A program made the position numbers and the translations under genes. A DNA stretch of 64,000 nucleotides from Candidatus Omnitrophota bacterium (GTDB lineage Bacteria > Omnitrophota > Gorgyraeia > Gygaellales > Profunditerraquicolaceae). This document shows positions 8,462 through 17,576 of the stretch, one piece after another (positions within the stretch are counted from its first letter, which is position 1; each line of letters opens with the position of its first letter). The DNA is taken from NCBI GenBank assembly GCA_028712375.1, contig JAQTQG010000003.1, forward strand, positions 14,619-78,618. Direction: 5' to 3'. Under the pieces are notes generated by a model. That model saw only the letters and a list, made by a program, of their open reading frames with translations. It was not told where the DNA came from and did not search any database.

Positions 8462-10351
8462 TTAAGAAATAGTTACAACCGCTTCTGCTTCTGACCAAGT
8501 GTTTATCAAATCCAATATTTTTTGAATTTGAATCGGATAATCTTCTAATGAAAGATCTTCATATTTCATAAAAGCAGCTCCGATCTTGCCATGTTTTTCT
8601 ACTTGATTTGTAGCTATGCCTATAATGTTTTCAAGTTCTGGTGTAATTTTGATGATCTTCCCAATATTTTTATCCAAAGAACCATCAATAAAATCGTTTT
8701 CTTTAAACATTCTGAGCTCAGATTCTTCTTTGTCTGTTTTATTAGGTTTATTTTCTGGAAAGTTAATAGGGTCTATATCATGGATAGCAACGTAAGGAAC
8801 TTTGAACTTATTAAGTACTCGCATAAATATATGTATATTGGTTTTTCCGCCACATTCAACTACGCATATGTTTTTAGCAACGAAGTCATATTTTTTATCT
8901 TTTACAGTAAATTTTGTTGCCCAGAAAGGAACTATAAATTTTTCGGTATCACCTTCAACCAATACTACTTTCTTAGAGAAAAACATTTCACTACGCGATA
9001 AGTCAAAAAGGCTTAAATAACGGAAAACTTTTTTTAACCTATTGTTTTCCTGTGTGGTTTCAGCAGCAAATATATCTCCAACAAATTGAAAGGTATTTGT
9101 TGGACCTTTTTCCTCACGCCCAACGATCACGATATTCTTGTATTCAAACATATCTACAAAAAAGTTAGAATGTGTACAGGCCAATATTTGATCAGTAGTT
9201 GCGATATTCCTTAAAACTTCAATCATCTTTCTTTGGCCATTAGGATGTAAATATAGTTCTGGTTCCTCAATTGCAAGTATAAAATTTTTCACCAAGGCTT
9301 CCGGTTGATCTTCTTCTACAATTACAGTACTTACTGTTTTAGCATAAGCTCTTATATAAGCTAAAATTAGTGCACGTTGAAGACCATGTCCCTTAGAATC
9401 AATCGAAGTAGGCAAAGCGTCATCTAAAGTAATATTCACATCTTTAAATAAATCAACAAGTTCGGGAGTGACGATTTCAATACCAACCTTTGTTCCTGGC
9501 ATACTTTCGCTTATTATGCCTGTAATAGTGCTTTCGAAATCTTTTATTTCCTGTAATCGGTCTGAGTCATCTCCAGTACCTGATTTATTTAAATATTTCT
9601 TCAACCCTTCGAGCTGGTTCTTAACCTCTTCAAATTTTGGATTCTTTAAAACTATCCTATTTGTTAAATCGGTTACTAACTTCCCTAATACAGTTTGCTG
9701 TGTAGTCTTAGATTCATCACATGCATCTTTTACAGCAGGAACCAAATAAAATTTAGGCAACAAATCAGCAAATACTTCTTTGAGGCCTGCAGGATTCTTT
9801 ATCCAATCTGGATCACCAAATTCCACTTTTCCGTCCTCTATACACTTCATAACCCCTTCTTTATATGAAGCCTGGGTCACGGTTCCCTTATCAGTTTTAA
9901 AATAGTCTGGTAAATTTTTATCTTTCACAATTTTTGCAATATCCCCTTTATATTCATCAAATCTTGATAGATCAAAATGGAGCTCGCGAGGCTTAGCTTG
10001 CCATCCATAAAACGTCGTTTCATATTTTTCACTCTGATTATTATACTCTACGACCTTTTTCACTCGAATTGCATGGTCATAGATCCAATGCTTAAGATAC
10101 TTTTGTTTTTCATCATACTCAGTTAATCTATCAAATGTCAAAATAATAGTGATTGGTTCATTATTCTTTTTGAAATAAAAATATTCCTCGTTTATCCCCT
10201 TAACCGAATCTTGATAGAATAATTCTATTGCTCGAAGTATATTGGATTTACCTGCATTATTCTCTCCAATAAACATAGCCAATGAATCTATTTCAATTTC
10301 TATGCTGTCTATGGACTTAAATTTGTGTATTTCGACTTTACGTAACTTCAT
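8462..10351 (-). CDS. OLD-family nuclease: N-terminal ABC/AAA_15-type ATPase fused to a C-terminal Toprim domain
   Basis: KLRKVEIHKFKSI…FIGENNAGKSNILRAIELF (Walker A). C-terminal VVLVEGDTEKFIVPFW … VAIHDIDP (Toprim E and DxD). 629 aa. Confidence 0.75.
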   Translation of the reverse strand: MKLRKVEIHKFKSIDSIEIEIDSLAMFIGENNAGKSNILRAIELFYQDSVKGINEEYFYFKKNNEPITIILTFDRLTEYDEKQKYLKHWIYDHAIRVKKVVEYNNQSEKYETTFYGWQAKPRELHFDLSRFDEYKGDIAKIVKDKNLPDYFKTDKGTVTQASYKEGVMKCIEDGKVEFGDPDWIKNPAGLKEVFADLLPKFYLVPAVKDACDESKTTQQTVLGKLVTDLTNRIVLKNPKFEEVKNQLEGLKKYLNKSGTGDDSDRLQEIKDFESTITGIISESMPGTKVGIEIVTPELVDLFKDVNITLDDALPTSIDSKGHGLQRALILAYIRAYAKTVSTVIVEEDQPEALVKNFILAIEEPELYLHPNGQRKMIEVLRNIATTDQILACTHSNFFVDMFEYKNIVIVGREEKGPTNTFQFVGDIFAAETTQENNRLKKVFRYLSLFDLSRSEMFFSKKVVLVEGDTEKFIVPFWATKFTVKDKKYDFVAKNICVVECGGKTNIHIFMRVLNKFKVPYVAIHDIDPINFPENKPNKTDKEESELRMFKENDFIDGSLDKNIGKIIKITPELENIIGIATNQVEKHGKIGAAFMKYEDLSLEDYPIQIQKILDLINTWSEAEAVVTIS

Positions 10352-10708
10352 GGTGTTATTATACCTCTTTTTATTACCCCTAACAATAATTTCAAGTTTT
10401 TCACTGAGAGCTTATCTGCATGCCTCAAGCCACAATCATACCTTAGAAACCGATAAAACTTCATAATCTGCTTAGTTTCTTCTATTAACTTCCTATGCCT
10501 TATGTTCCATAGCCGAGTAATCGGACTGATCATCTTTACCACCTCCTGCTATCAATAGACGCAGAAAGTGGAAAAATCTAACAGGATTTTTAGAATTTAA
10601 CTTCGTTTTTTACTTAATTTTGGGCAGGATTTATATATGGAATTTCTCTATGAACTTCGCTTTTGGTATAAATTACGAAGCTATATTATTGAAACCTGAA
10701 ATTTGCTT

Positions 10709-12220
10709 CTATTCTGGAGCTCCCATAATAAAACCTGTGGTAAGCCCTTTTTCTTTAAACCAACTTTTTAATATGCCCTTACTTCCAGCAATTGCCGTAT
10801 CAATTTCTGAATCCGTTGGGGCACTCCACATTTGCCAGTTAAATAATCTTGCTAAACATGCTTTTATTTTTGAGTAGTCGCTATCCACTAAATCCCTATA
10901 AAATGGCTTAGCTTTCTCATCTCCATCATGAATATCTAATTTCGCACATATTGCGTCTCGCAATAGTTCTGACCAGGCCATAATTGATTTTGAAGAAAAT
11001 ATCCTACTGAGTTTACGCTGATTTTGATCACTAGGCGCGGCTGCAGGATTCCAATGTGAAAGCGCAAGTTCAAAAATCATATTCATTAAAGCAATAACAT
11101 TCTTAAACTCTGATTCTCTCCTATATTTTTCTGAAAACATATCATCATCAAGAGGCTCGGTATAAAGAAAACAAGCAAGGATTGACTTAGAGAGCATATC
11201 CACAGTAAGCGGTTGTTCATTGGAGCTCCTATTACTTGTTGAAACGAGTGGTTTGAGTTTATTAGACTCATCTTCAAGAATAGAATTATATAAGTAACTA
11301 CGGAAACGCTTGTTTCGCTCGCCCCGCGTAAGAGATATGTCTTTCTGCTCTAGAAATGACAAAAAACCACTTTCATTTTTTTTCTCAATATCTTCTCTAT
11401 TTTTATACTCTTCAAAATCTTTCCCAAATTGATTCCCTAATTTAAGAATTAATACTGACGAAAAAAATCTTGTTTGGGCGAATTTATCATGTGCTGATAT
11501 ATTAGCTTGATTAAGCATCCTCAAGTCGGGATCAAGATAGATCTTGCATTCAAATGTCTTTCTCCCATTCCACAATATCGCAGCTGCCTTGTGTTGACCA
11601 TCAAAAAGCAATATCCTATTATTTGAAACACGTCCTATTGAAGGTTGCAAAACTGGATAAATCTGGAAATGACGAAACATTTCAAATACTTTATCAAAAA
11701 TCAAATAACGTGGTTGTAGGCCCAAATGTTCATTATCATCATCATCGCTGTTAAGAATTGATATGGGTAAATTACCATAAAAATATTTCCAACCGGTTCG
11801 CGGACAGGTTTGGATATTAAACTGAGATGAAAAGGAGTGGTGTTGTAAAGTAACTGTTTTATCTTGGACATTAATAGCAACCGCTTCTCCAAAAGACTCA
11901 ATATCACCTGCCTTTTTTAAGTGCGTAATTAGATTACGCAATGTTAATCTATCGCCTTCTTCAAAAAATGATTCAAGTCGAAGTTTTATACGAAAATCCC
12001 CTAGAGGCAACATTCCCTTCGCCTTATTATGGTATTCGCACATAGGTGCAATATTATCAAGTTCTGATTGCCCATCTCGAGCATAAGCCCAAATATGGTC
12101 AAAATGAACCCTCTCCCCTTCCGGGATTGCATGCCCATTGGCAAAGCAAATACGCCCATGTCGATTTAAAATTATTTTCTTTTCATCATCATTGATTTGC
12201 CTTTTTAGAGTAATTGCCAT
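10709..12220 (-). CDS. Fusion protein: N-terminal HNH nuclease motif + C-terminal DGQH(R/K) ParB/DndB-like domain
   Basis: HFDHIWAYARDGQSELDNIAPMCEYHNKAKG (HNH). NRILLFDGQHKAAAIL (DGQHR-type motif). Confidence 0.6.
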   Translation of the reverse strand: MAITLKRQINDDEKKIILNRHGRICFANGHAIPEGERVHFDHIWAYARDGQSELDNIAPMCEYHNKAKGMLPLGDFRIKLRLESFFEEGDRLTLRNLITHLKKAGDIESFGEAVAINVQDKTVTLQHHSFSSQFNIQTCPRTGWKYFYGNLPISILNSDDDDNEHLGLQPRYLIFDKVFEMFRHFQIYPVLQPSIGRVSNNRILLFDGQHKAAAILWNGRKTFECKIYLDPDLRMLNQANISAHDKFAQTRFFSSVLILKLGNQFGKDFEEYKNREDIEKKNESGFLSFLEQKDISLTRGERNKRFRSYLYNSILEDESNKLKPLVSTSNRSSNEQPLTVDMLSKSILACFLYTEPLDDDMFSEKYRRESEFKNVIALMNMIFELALSHWNPAAAPSDQNQRKLSRIFSSKSIMAWSELLRDAICAKLDIHDGDEKAKPFYRDLVDSDYSKIKACLARLFNWQMWSAPTDSEIDTAIAGSKGILKSWFKEKGLTTGFIMGAPE

Positions 12221-12288
12221 GTGCTACCTCCATCTATTCTATTAGCTTAAAATCAAAATGTGTTTTTGGTAAAAAATTCTATCTATAC

Positions 12289-12501
12289 TCAATGATGCTC
12301 TCTTTCGTATAGAGTGTGCAGTATCTTATATAATCTTTTGCCGTTTGTAACTTGTCCATCACTATTAACAGATACAATCAAATCCTTAGTTGCTAGCCTT
12401 ATCCCGTCATCACCATATTTGAACATTCTTACAACATCACTTAAATAGATAGCAAATCTACCTTTGGGACTTTGAATAATCTTACCTTTTGCACCAGGCA
12501 T
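12289..12501 (-). CDS. Small hypothetical protein (70 aa) upstream of the HNH-DGQH gene
   Basis: ORF only. Same strand, compact spacing. Confidence 0.3.
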   Translation of the reverse strand: MPGAKGKIIQSPKGRFAIYLSDVVRMFKYGDDGIRLATKDLIVSVNSDGQVTNGKRLYKILHTLYEREHH

Positions 12502-12553
12502 ATTATCCTCCTCTGGATTAAATCAAAGATGGAACCGACACGTATTGTTATAA

Positions 12554-12886
12554 TTAAGCATATTTCTCTTTGTGCATTTCATAATACAAATCAAATATTT
12601 TCTTTGCAATCTTAGAACCTGTGCTATTTTTAATAATACTCATGGTATTCTCTACTGAACCTATCCAAACTTCTCCTTTATGATTTAAAACGGGTCCATG
12701 TTTTGTTAATTGCCTCACAACCCATTCCCAGTCTTTTTGAAATTCCTCAGGAAAATCTTTTGGTTCTAAAACATGGCAGATTAAATATGATCCAATGAGC
12801 CTTGACCTTACGTCTTTTTGACCAACAGCTAAAGCATAAACAACTTCAAATAATTTCTCTTGTACATAAGAATAACTTTTTCTCAT
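12554..12886 (-). CDS. Hypothetical protein (110 aa), first gene of the minus-strand block
   Basis: ORF only. Confidence 0.3.
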   Translation of the reverse strand: MRKSYSYVQEKLFEVVYALAVGQKDVRSRLIGSYLICHVLEPKDFPEEFQKDWEWVVRQLTKHGPVLNHKGEVWIGSVENTMSIIKNSTGSKIAKKIFDLYYEMHKEKYA

Positions 12887-13139
12887 AATAAATATCTATA
12901 AGCAAAAAAACAACCCTATTTTAGAGAGTTGCCTTAGATTTGACCTAGTTTAACCTCATTACCGCTCCTATTTAAATATAAGTTATTATCCTACCCCCAT
13001 AGCCCAAAATCAACCCTTTTTTAACTGTTCTAGGATAATAAATGTTAAATGAATTTAGTATTCTACACAAATTTCGAAGTAGTAATACTGGACGCAGCAT
13101 CTTAAAAGGTATATAATATTTTTAACAAAGGAAAACACA

Positions 13140-13988
13140 ATGAAGTTTGCCGATGTAAATAAGACCATAATAAAGCTGTGCAAAGATAACAGTTTGGATT
13201 TCTTAGCTGAATGCGAAGCTATCCAATCTGAAGTTGATGCCTGCTCTCTACCTGAAATTCTCGACCATTTAGATAATGCAGGTATCATACCCGAATGTTT
13301 TGATCACGATTCTACGGAAGAAAAGTTGTTCGCAAAGTATTGTGACTCTTTATTAGCTCGTGGGTTACGAGAAATAGGATTAAACGCATATACAATACCA
13401 GAACGCAGTGATGCGGCTGATGTTCAAGGGAAGGGTAGCAATTACACTATTGTTGGAGATGCTAAAGCGTTTCGTCTTAGCAGAACAGCAAAAAACCAAA
13501 AAGATTTTAAGGTCGAGGCTCTTGATAAATGGAGAAATGGATCCGATTTCGCTGTATTAGTAAGCCCTCTTTACCAGTACCCAAATACAAATAGCCAGAT
13601 TTACTCACAAGCAATAAGGTATAATGTTACCCTATTATCTTATACCCACCTAGCTTTCCTAATAAGAAATAGAAATAATATAAAGAATGGCTCTCTTAGG
13701 GGATTATGGGAAATCGGAAAAAAGCTCTCTATTGGTAAAAGCGCCAAATCATACTGGGGATTAATTGACGCTAAAATGCTAGAAATTACCGGGAAGGATA
13801 AAAAGGATTGGGATAGCGCTATAGAAACAGAATACAAATGCTTAGTTCAGAGAGCTAAGGACGAGATTAAGTATTGGGAAGATGAAAAAGCAAAGATATT
13901 AAAATTGTCTCACGATGCGGCAATACAAGAACTAATTAAGGCTAGGAAAATAACAGAAAAGGTCGGAGTTATTAAGCAGTTTATATAG
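13140..13988 (+). CDS. Putative PD-(D/E)xK restriction endonuclease (convergent partner of the methyltransferase)
   Basis: SDAADVQGKGSNYTIVGDAKAF fits a D…(D/E)xK arrangement. The stop is 8 nt from the methylase stop. Confidence 0.35.
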   Translation: MKFADVNKTIIKLCKDNSLDFLAECEAIQSEVDACSLPEILDHLDNAGIIPECFDHDSTEEKLFAKYCDSLLARGLREIGLNAYTIPERSDAADVQGKGSNYTIVGDAKAFRLSRTAKNQKDFKVEALDKWRNGSDFAVLVSPLYQYPNTNSQIYSQAIRYNVTLLSYTHLAFLIRNRNNIKNGSLRGLWEIGKKLSIGKSAKSYWGLIDAKMLEITGKDKKDWDSAIETEYKCLVQRAKDEIKYWEDEKAKILKLSHDAAIQELIKARKITEKVGVIKQFI

Positions 13989-13995
13989 CGTTGAT

Positions 13996-16200
13996 TTAAA
14001 GAGATTTTCTTTTTGTGATTTTGAAGCCTGAATAGAGTGTTGAGATGTAGTCTGAAATACTCATAATCATATCTGCATCACATCCACCCCCAGTGATGTT
14101 CTTATAGTTGACCAGTAACCCAATTCCCTGTGCGAATATTGCCAACCCAATGTCTTTCTCGCTCCATCCCGCTTCTTTCAACACATTACCATAATCAGAT
14201 ACGTAAGAAGATACCTTAGCAATTATTTCGGGGAAAGATATTGATGATTTCTCTTCCATTGTTTTATGACAGACGAAGGTAATGCAAGTATCTATTGCTT
14301 CTGATGTCATGCCGCGAGGTCTTGCTTTTCTTTCTATACTAAGTGGTTGCACGCTTGTGATTATAAAATTAGTGTCTCTAAACGCCCGAATAATTGCGTC
14401 CCATCCGCCTAGTGAGCTATGGCTATAAATAAACGATAGGACGCCGTCATATTTCAAAACTCTCTCAGCTTCTTTTATCGCCTTGCCTAATTCTAAGCAA
14501 TACTTATCGTGAGCTTCAAGGGCCGATTGACTACGAAATGCTGAAGCAACTAATTCGGAACCAAAGCTAGTGTCTTGTTTGTTAAATAAATCCGGATCAA
14601 CATTTTTTAATAAAATTCTTTTCCACGCATAAAAGAAATCCGCTAATATGCTGTAATAAATATTATCATAGTATGGGGGATCTGTTATAATTGCATCAAA
14701 ATAATTGCTCTTAAATGGGAGGTTTTGGGCAATTCCACAGTTTACTTCCGGTTTATATGGAAATTTTTCGATGGAGCTAATGCCTGAAATGATACGGTCG
14801 AGCTTATCCCAAAGATTAGCTGGGCCATTCATTATGGGGTCTATTTCGCCATAATCCCAAAGCATGGGAACGCCTGGACCGCAAAAAGCTCGCCCCATCT
14901 GTTCATTTTGCGAAATCCACATAGATAAACGACAATTCCAATCCACAAGTTGATCAATTAAACTCGCCAATACAGAAATAGCAAAATCCGCCAACTCCTT
15001 TGAATTCTGCTCCTTCAATAACCGATATTCATCTTTCAGACACTTTATCAAAGACAGTAGAACCACCCTCTGCCTTTTATTGACAAAATCACTATGAGTT
15101 TCTATGCCGTAAACTGAGGGGTTCACAATGCCGGACCATTTGGGCAATTTCGTATTTGGAAGACTGCTTTCTAAAGATTTTAATAAATCATTTTCAAGAT
15201 GAGAGATCTTAACGGCTGAGGGAATCAGCAAATCGTTGTTTTCTATAAGCAAAAACTCTTTCCCGGATTTTTCTTTCCGCTTAACAAAAGCAATTAGCTC
15301 ATCTCGAGTGTTGCTAATATCAACTTTTTCAACTATATGAGAGCATTTTGGGCATTTAGCAGACCCATTTCGACCTTCCCAATTTGAGTTATGTTCATAT
15401 TTGTCATCCACTTCCTTAATCCCAATATGCTGTCGATCCTTGGAATTATTTATAATAATTGCTATTCGCTTATTTTTCTTGCGTGACAGCCAGGGTCTTT
15501 TTATTAAATAATATACATATTTACATTTTGGGCATTTTAATGAATACGTCCAGAAATACACTACAGGTGGTCTTTGTTTCGTCTCGGATATCTCACCCTG
15601 CTTACTTCTTGATACCCCTCCCTTCCTCAATGGAAACAATTCATTTGTTGCTTCTTCTAAAGACTTTAAAACACGAATGCCAGATTTCCTTACAATATCT
15701 TCGGCACTTCTTAAATCAACTTTCTGCGAGTATTCAAGATTTGCTTTTTGTATAAAAACAGACAATTCATTCGCATCAATAGAGTATGCTTTGGCACCTA
15801 TGTTGGCTATTTCTAATGGTATTGTTCCTCCACCACCAAACATATCTAGGGCCTTTGGAGGAACTACGTATTGTTCTTTAATAATAGCTCGGGCTTTATC
15901 TATGGCACTTTTGTTTGCATCCCCCGCTAACTCAACCATTATTTCATACATTTTAGGTGTACTTATTTTACATAGAGAAGCAAACGCAAGTATCCTCATA
16001 GCAGAATGAGGTCTTCGAGCCCACCAAACGTGGAGTGTATGCGACGTTTCTCCACTTCGGTATCGTTCCGCAAGACCAGCTATTGAGGCTTCGTAATGTA
16101 AAAGTCCACTATCTATCAAACGATGTTCCGAAGTGTTTGGGATCAGAGCAATTTCAGGACTTGATTGGGTTTTATTTTGACACATACTACTTATTGGCAT
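13996..16200 (-). CDS. DUF1156/COG1743-type adenine-specific DNA methyltransferase with zinc ribbon
   Basis: LHVWWARRPHSAMRILAFASL (DUF1156). LDMFGGGGTIPLE (motif I). CPKCKYVYY…CPKCSH (Zn ribbon). IITDPPYYDNIYY (motif IV DPPY). Confidence 0.75.
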   Translation of the reverse strand: MPISSMCQNKTQSSPEIALIPNTSEHRLIDSGLLHYEASIAGLAERYRSGETSHTLHVWWARRPHSAMRILAFASLCKISTPKMYEIMVELAGDANKSAIDKARAIIKEQYVVPPKALDMFGGGGTIPLEIANIGAKAYSIDANELSVFIQKANLEYSQKVDLRSAEDIVRKSGIRVLKSLEEATNELFPLRKGGVSRSKQGEISETKQRPPVVYFWTYSLKCPKCKYVYYLIKRPWLSRKKNKRIAIIINNSKDRQHIGIKEVDDKYEHNSNWEGRNGSAKCPKCSHIVEKVDISNTRDELIAFVKRKEKSGKEFLLIENNDLLIPSAVKISHLENDLLKSLESSLPNTKLPKWSGIVNPSVYGIETHSDFVNKRQRVVLLSLIKCLKDEYRLLKEQNSKELADFAISVLASLIDQLVDWNCRLSMWISQNEQMGRAFCGPGVPMLWDYGEIDPIMNGPANLWDKLDRIISGISSIEKFPYKPEVNCGIAQNLPFKSNYFDAIITDPPYYDNIYYSILADFFYAWKRILLKNVDPDLFNKQDTSFGSELVASAFRSQSALEAHDKYCLELGKAIKEAERVLKYDGVLSFIYSHSSLGGWDAIIRAFRDTNFIITSVQPLSIERKARPRGMTSEAIDTCITFVCHKTMEEKSSISFPEIIAKVSSYVSDYGNVLKEAGWSEKDIGLAIFAQGIGLLVNYKNITGGGCDADMIMSISDYISTLYSGFKITKRKSL

Positions 16201-16463
16201 TTTACAGATAGGCCTTTGCCACGACTTATTTCAAGCACATAGCATTTTTCATTAAGGGGGATCTTACGGGTATATCGCCAACCAAATGAAATACGTCTAT
16301 ATTTCCAATCGATTCTTTTTTTACCTAAATCTTGTCCTTCAAAATTAACCAAAATTTCATCAGCATCATTTAACAACTTTTTAATATCTGGATCTCGCTT
16401 TTGTTTCCATATTATGTATCCCCATTTCCTAGCACGGTTCAAAATTGGTATAGTAAAGGCCAT
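16191..16463 (-). CDS. Small hypothetical protein overlapping the methylase start
   Basis: ORF only. 10-nt overlap suggests translational coupling. Confidence 0.3.
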   Translation of the reverse strand: MAFTIPILNRARKWGYIIWKQKRDPDIKKLLNDADEILVNFEGQDLGKKRIDWKYRRISFGWRYTRKIPLNEKCYVLEISRGKGLSVKCQ

Positions 16464-16519
16464 TGTCTACCTCCTTTTTATTTAGTCTATTGTAAAACGA
16501 TGGAAGAGTCAAGCTTGGT

Positions 16520-17134
16520 TTAAACACTAAGTAGCTCGGCACACTCCGCCAGATCTTCCTTCGTTACGCCCGTGTAGATCTGCGTCGTAGAAACGAACTT
16601 GTGTCCCAAAAACTCCTGCACCTTCCGGATGTTGCCACACTTTCGCATTAACTCCGTCCCAACCGTGTGCCTCAGACAGTGTGGTGAATATCTTCCTTCC
16701 AAGCCACTTTCACTAACCCATTTATTAAGGTTTAACTGCACTGCCCTCTGGGTAATTCTTTTGTTGTTCCTTGATAAAAATAAGGGTTCGCTCAAGGAGA
16801 AGCCTTCATCCTTTGCCTTTCTCTGCCTAATGTATTTATCTATGTGGGCTCTAATATCCTTGTTTAATGGTATTTGCCTAATCCTGTCGCCCTTGCCTTT
16901 TATCTCCAACACTTCCTTTGACGAATAGCCGTTGTGCACATCCTTGGCATTAAGGTTGATCGTTTCACTAAGGCGTAATCCAGTATTAAGCATAAGGTCA
17001 AACATACAATAATCACGCCAGGCTTTCCTGCTGTCGGCAAGTGTCTTTAAGAATTGTTTCTTTTGTTCAGAAGTCAGATATCTTATCGTGTTCCTCTTGG
17101 CCATTTCACACCTCTTCGTTAATATACTGCTCAA
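16520..17134 (-). CDS. Tyrosine recombinase, catalytic domain only (no N-terminal core-binding domain). Minimal recombinase or remnant.
   Basis: LRLSE (Arg I). HCLRHT (HxxR). STTQIYTGV (catalytic Tyr). Only 204 aa. Confidence 0.6.
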   Translation of the reverse strand: MSSILTKRCEMAKRNTIRYLTSEQKKQFLKTLADSRKAWRDYCMFDLMLNTGLRLSETINLNAKDVHNGYSSKEVLEIKGKGDRIRQIPLNKDIRAHIDKYIRQRKAKDEGFSLSEPLFLSRNNKRITQRAVQLNLNKWVSESGLEGRYSPHCLRHTVGTELMRKCGNIRKVQEFLGHKFVSTTQIYTGVTKEDLAECAELLSV

Positions 17135-17540
17135 CCTTAACCCTTACCTTTTCTTTTAATACCTGAAACTCTTCTGAGAACTCGCCATTATCACTAAAAT
17201 CTCTGTCTTTCCATAAATTGTCATACGCCTGGCAGAGAAAATATTGGTATTCTTTATTTTGCGGGGACATCTCAATAGCCTTAAGGATAATTTCAGTGCC
17301 TGTCCTTAAAGAAGTAACCCAGAAAGTTGTAAGCAGAATATATGATTGTTCGTAAAGAAGCTCTGCTCTCTGTTCTTTTGAGAGGCCGTAATTCTGCAAT
17401 AATTTATAGACCCTATCAAGCCTCTCAGATTTTTGTGTATCTCCATCAGGTTCTTGAGCAAAGAGATTAACTAAAAATAATAACGACATCGAAACTATTA
17501 AAATAACTATTATCTGTTTTGTATTCATTTTCACCTCCAA
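17106..17540 (-). CDS. Secreted or periplasmic hypothetical protein
   Basis: Signal peptide (IVILIVSMSLLFLVNLFAQ). Confidence 0.35.
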   Translation of the reverse strand: MEVKMNTKQIIVILIVSMSLLFLVNLFAQEPDGDTQKSERLDRVYKLLQNYGLSKEQRAELLYEQSYILLTTFWVTSLRTGTEIILKAIEMSPQNKEYQYFLCQAYDNLWKDRDFSDNGEFSEEFQVLKEKVRVKVEQYINEEV

Positions 17541-17576
17541 TATCTTTTTTCCTATATATGGCCTGACCCTGGCTTC

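Noticed and set aside
10709-12220. Dnd (DNA phosphorothioation) system, because of the DGQHR motif
   Set aside because: No dndA/C/D/E or sspBCD genes anywhere nearby. The motif is fused to an HNH nuclease instead.
15459-16009. Plus-strand ORFs inside the methyltransferase gene
   Set aside because: Antisense to a gene with clear MTase motifs. Low-complexity translations.
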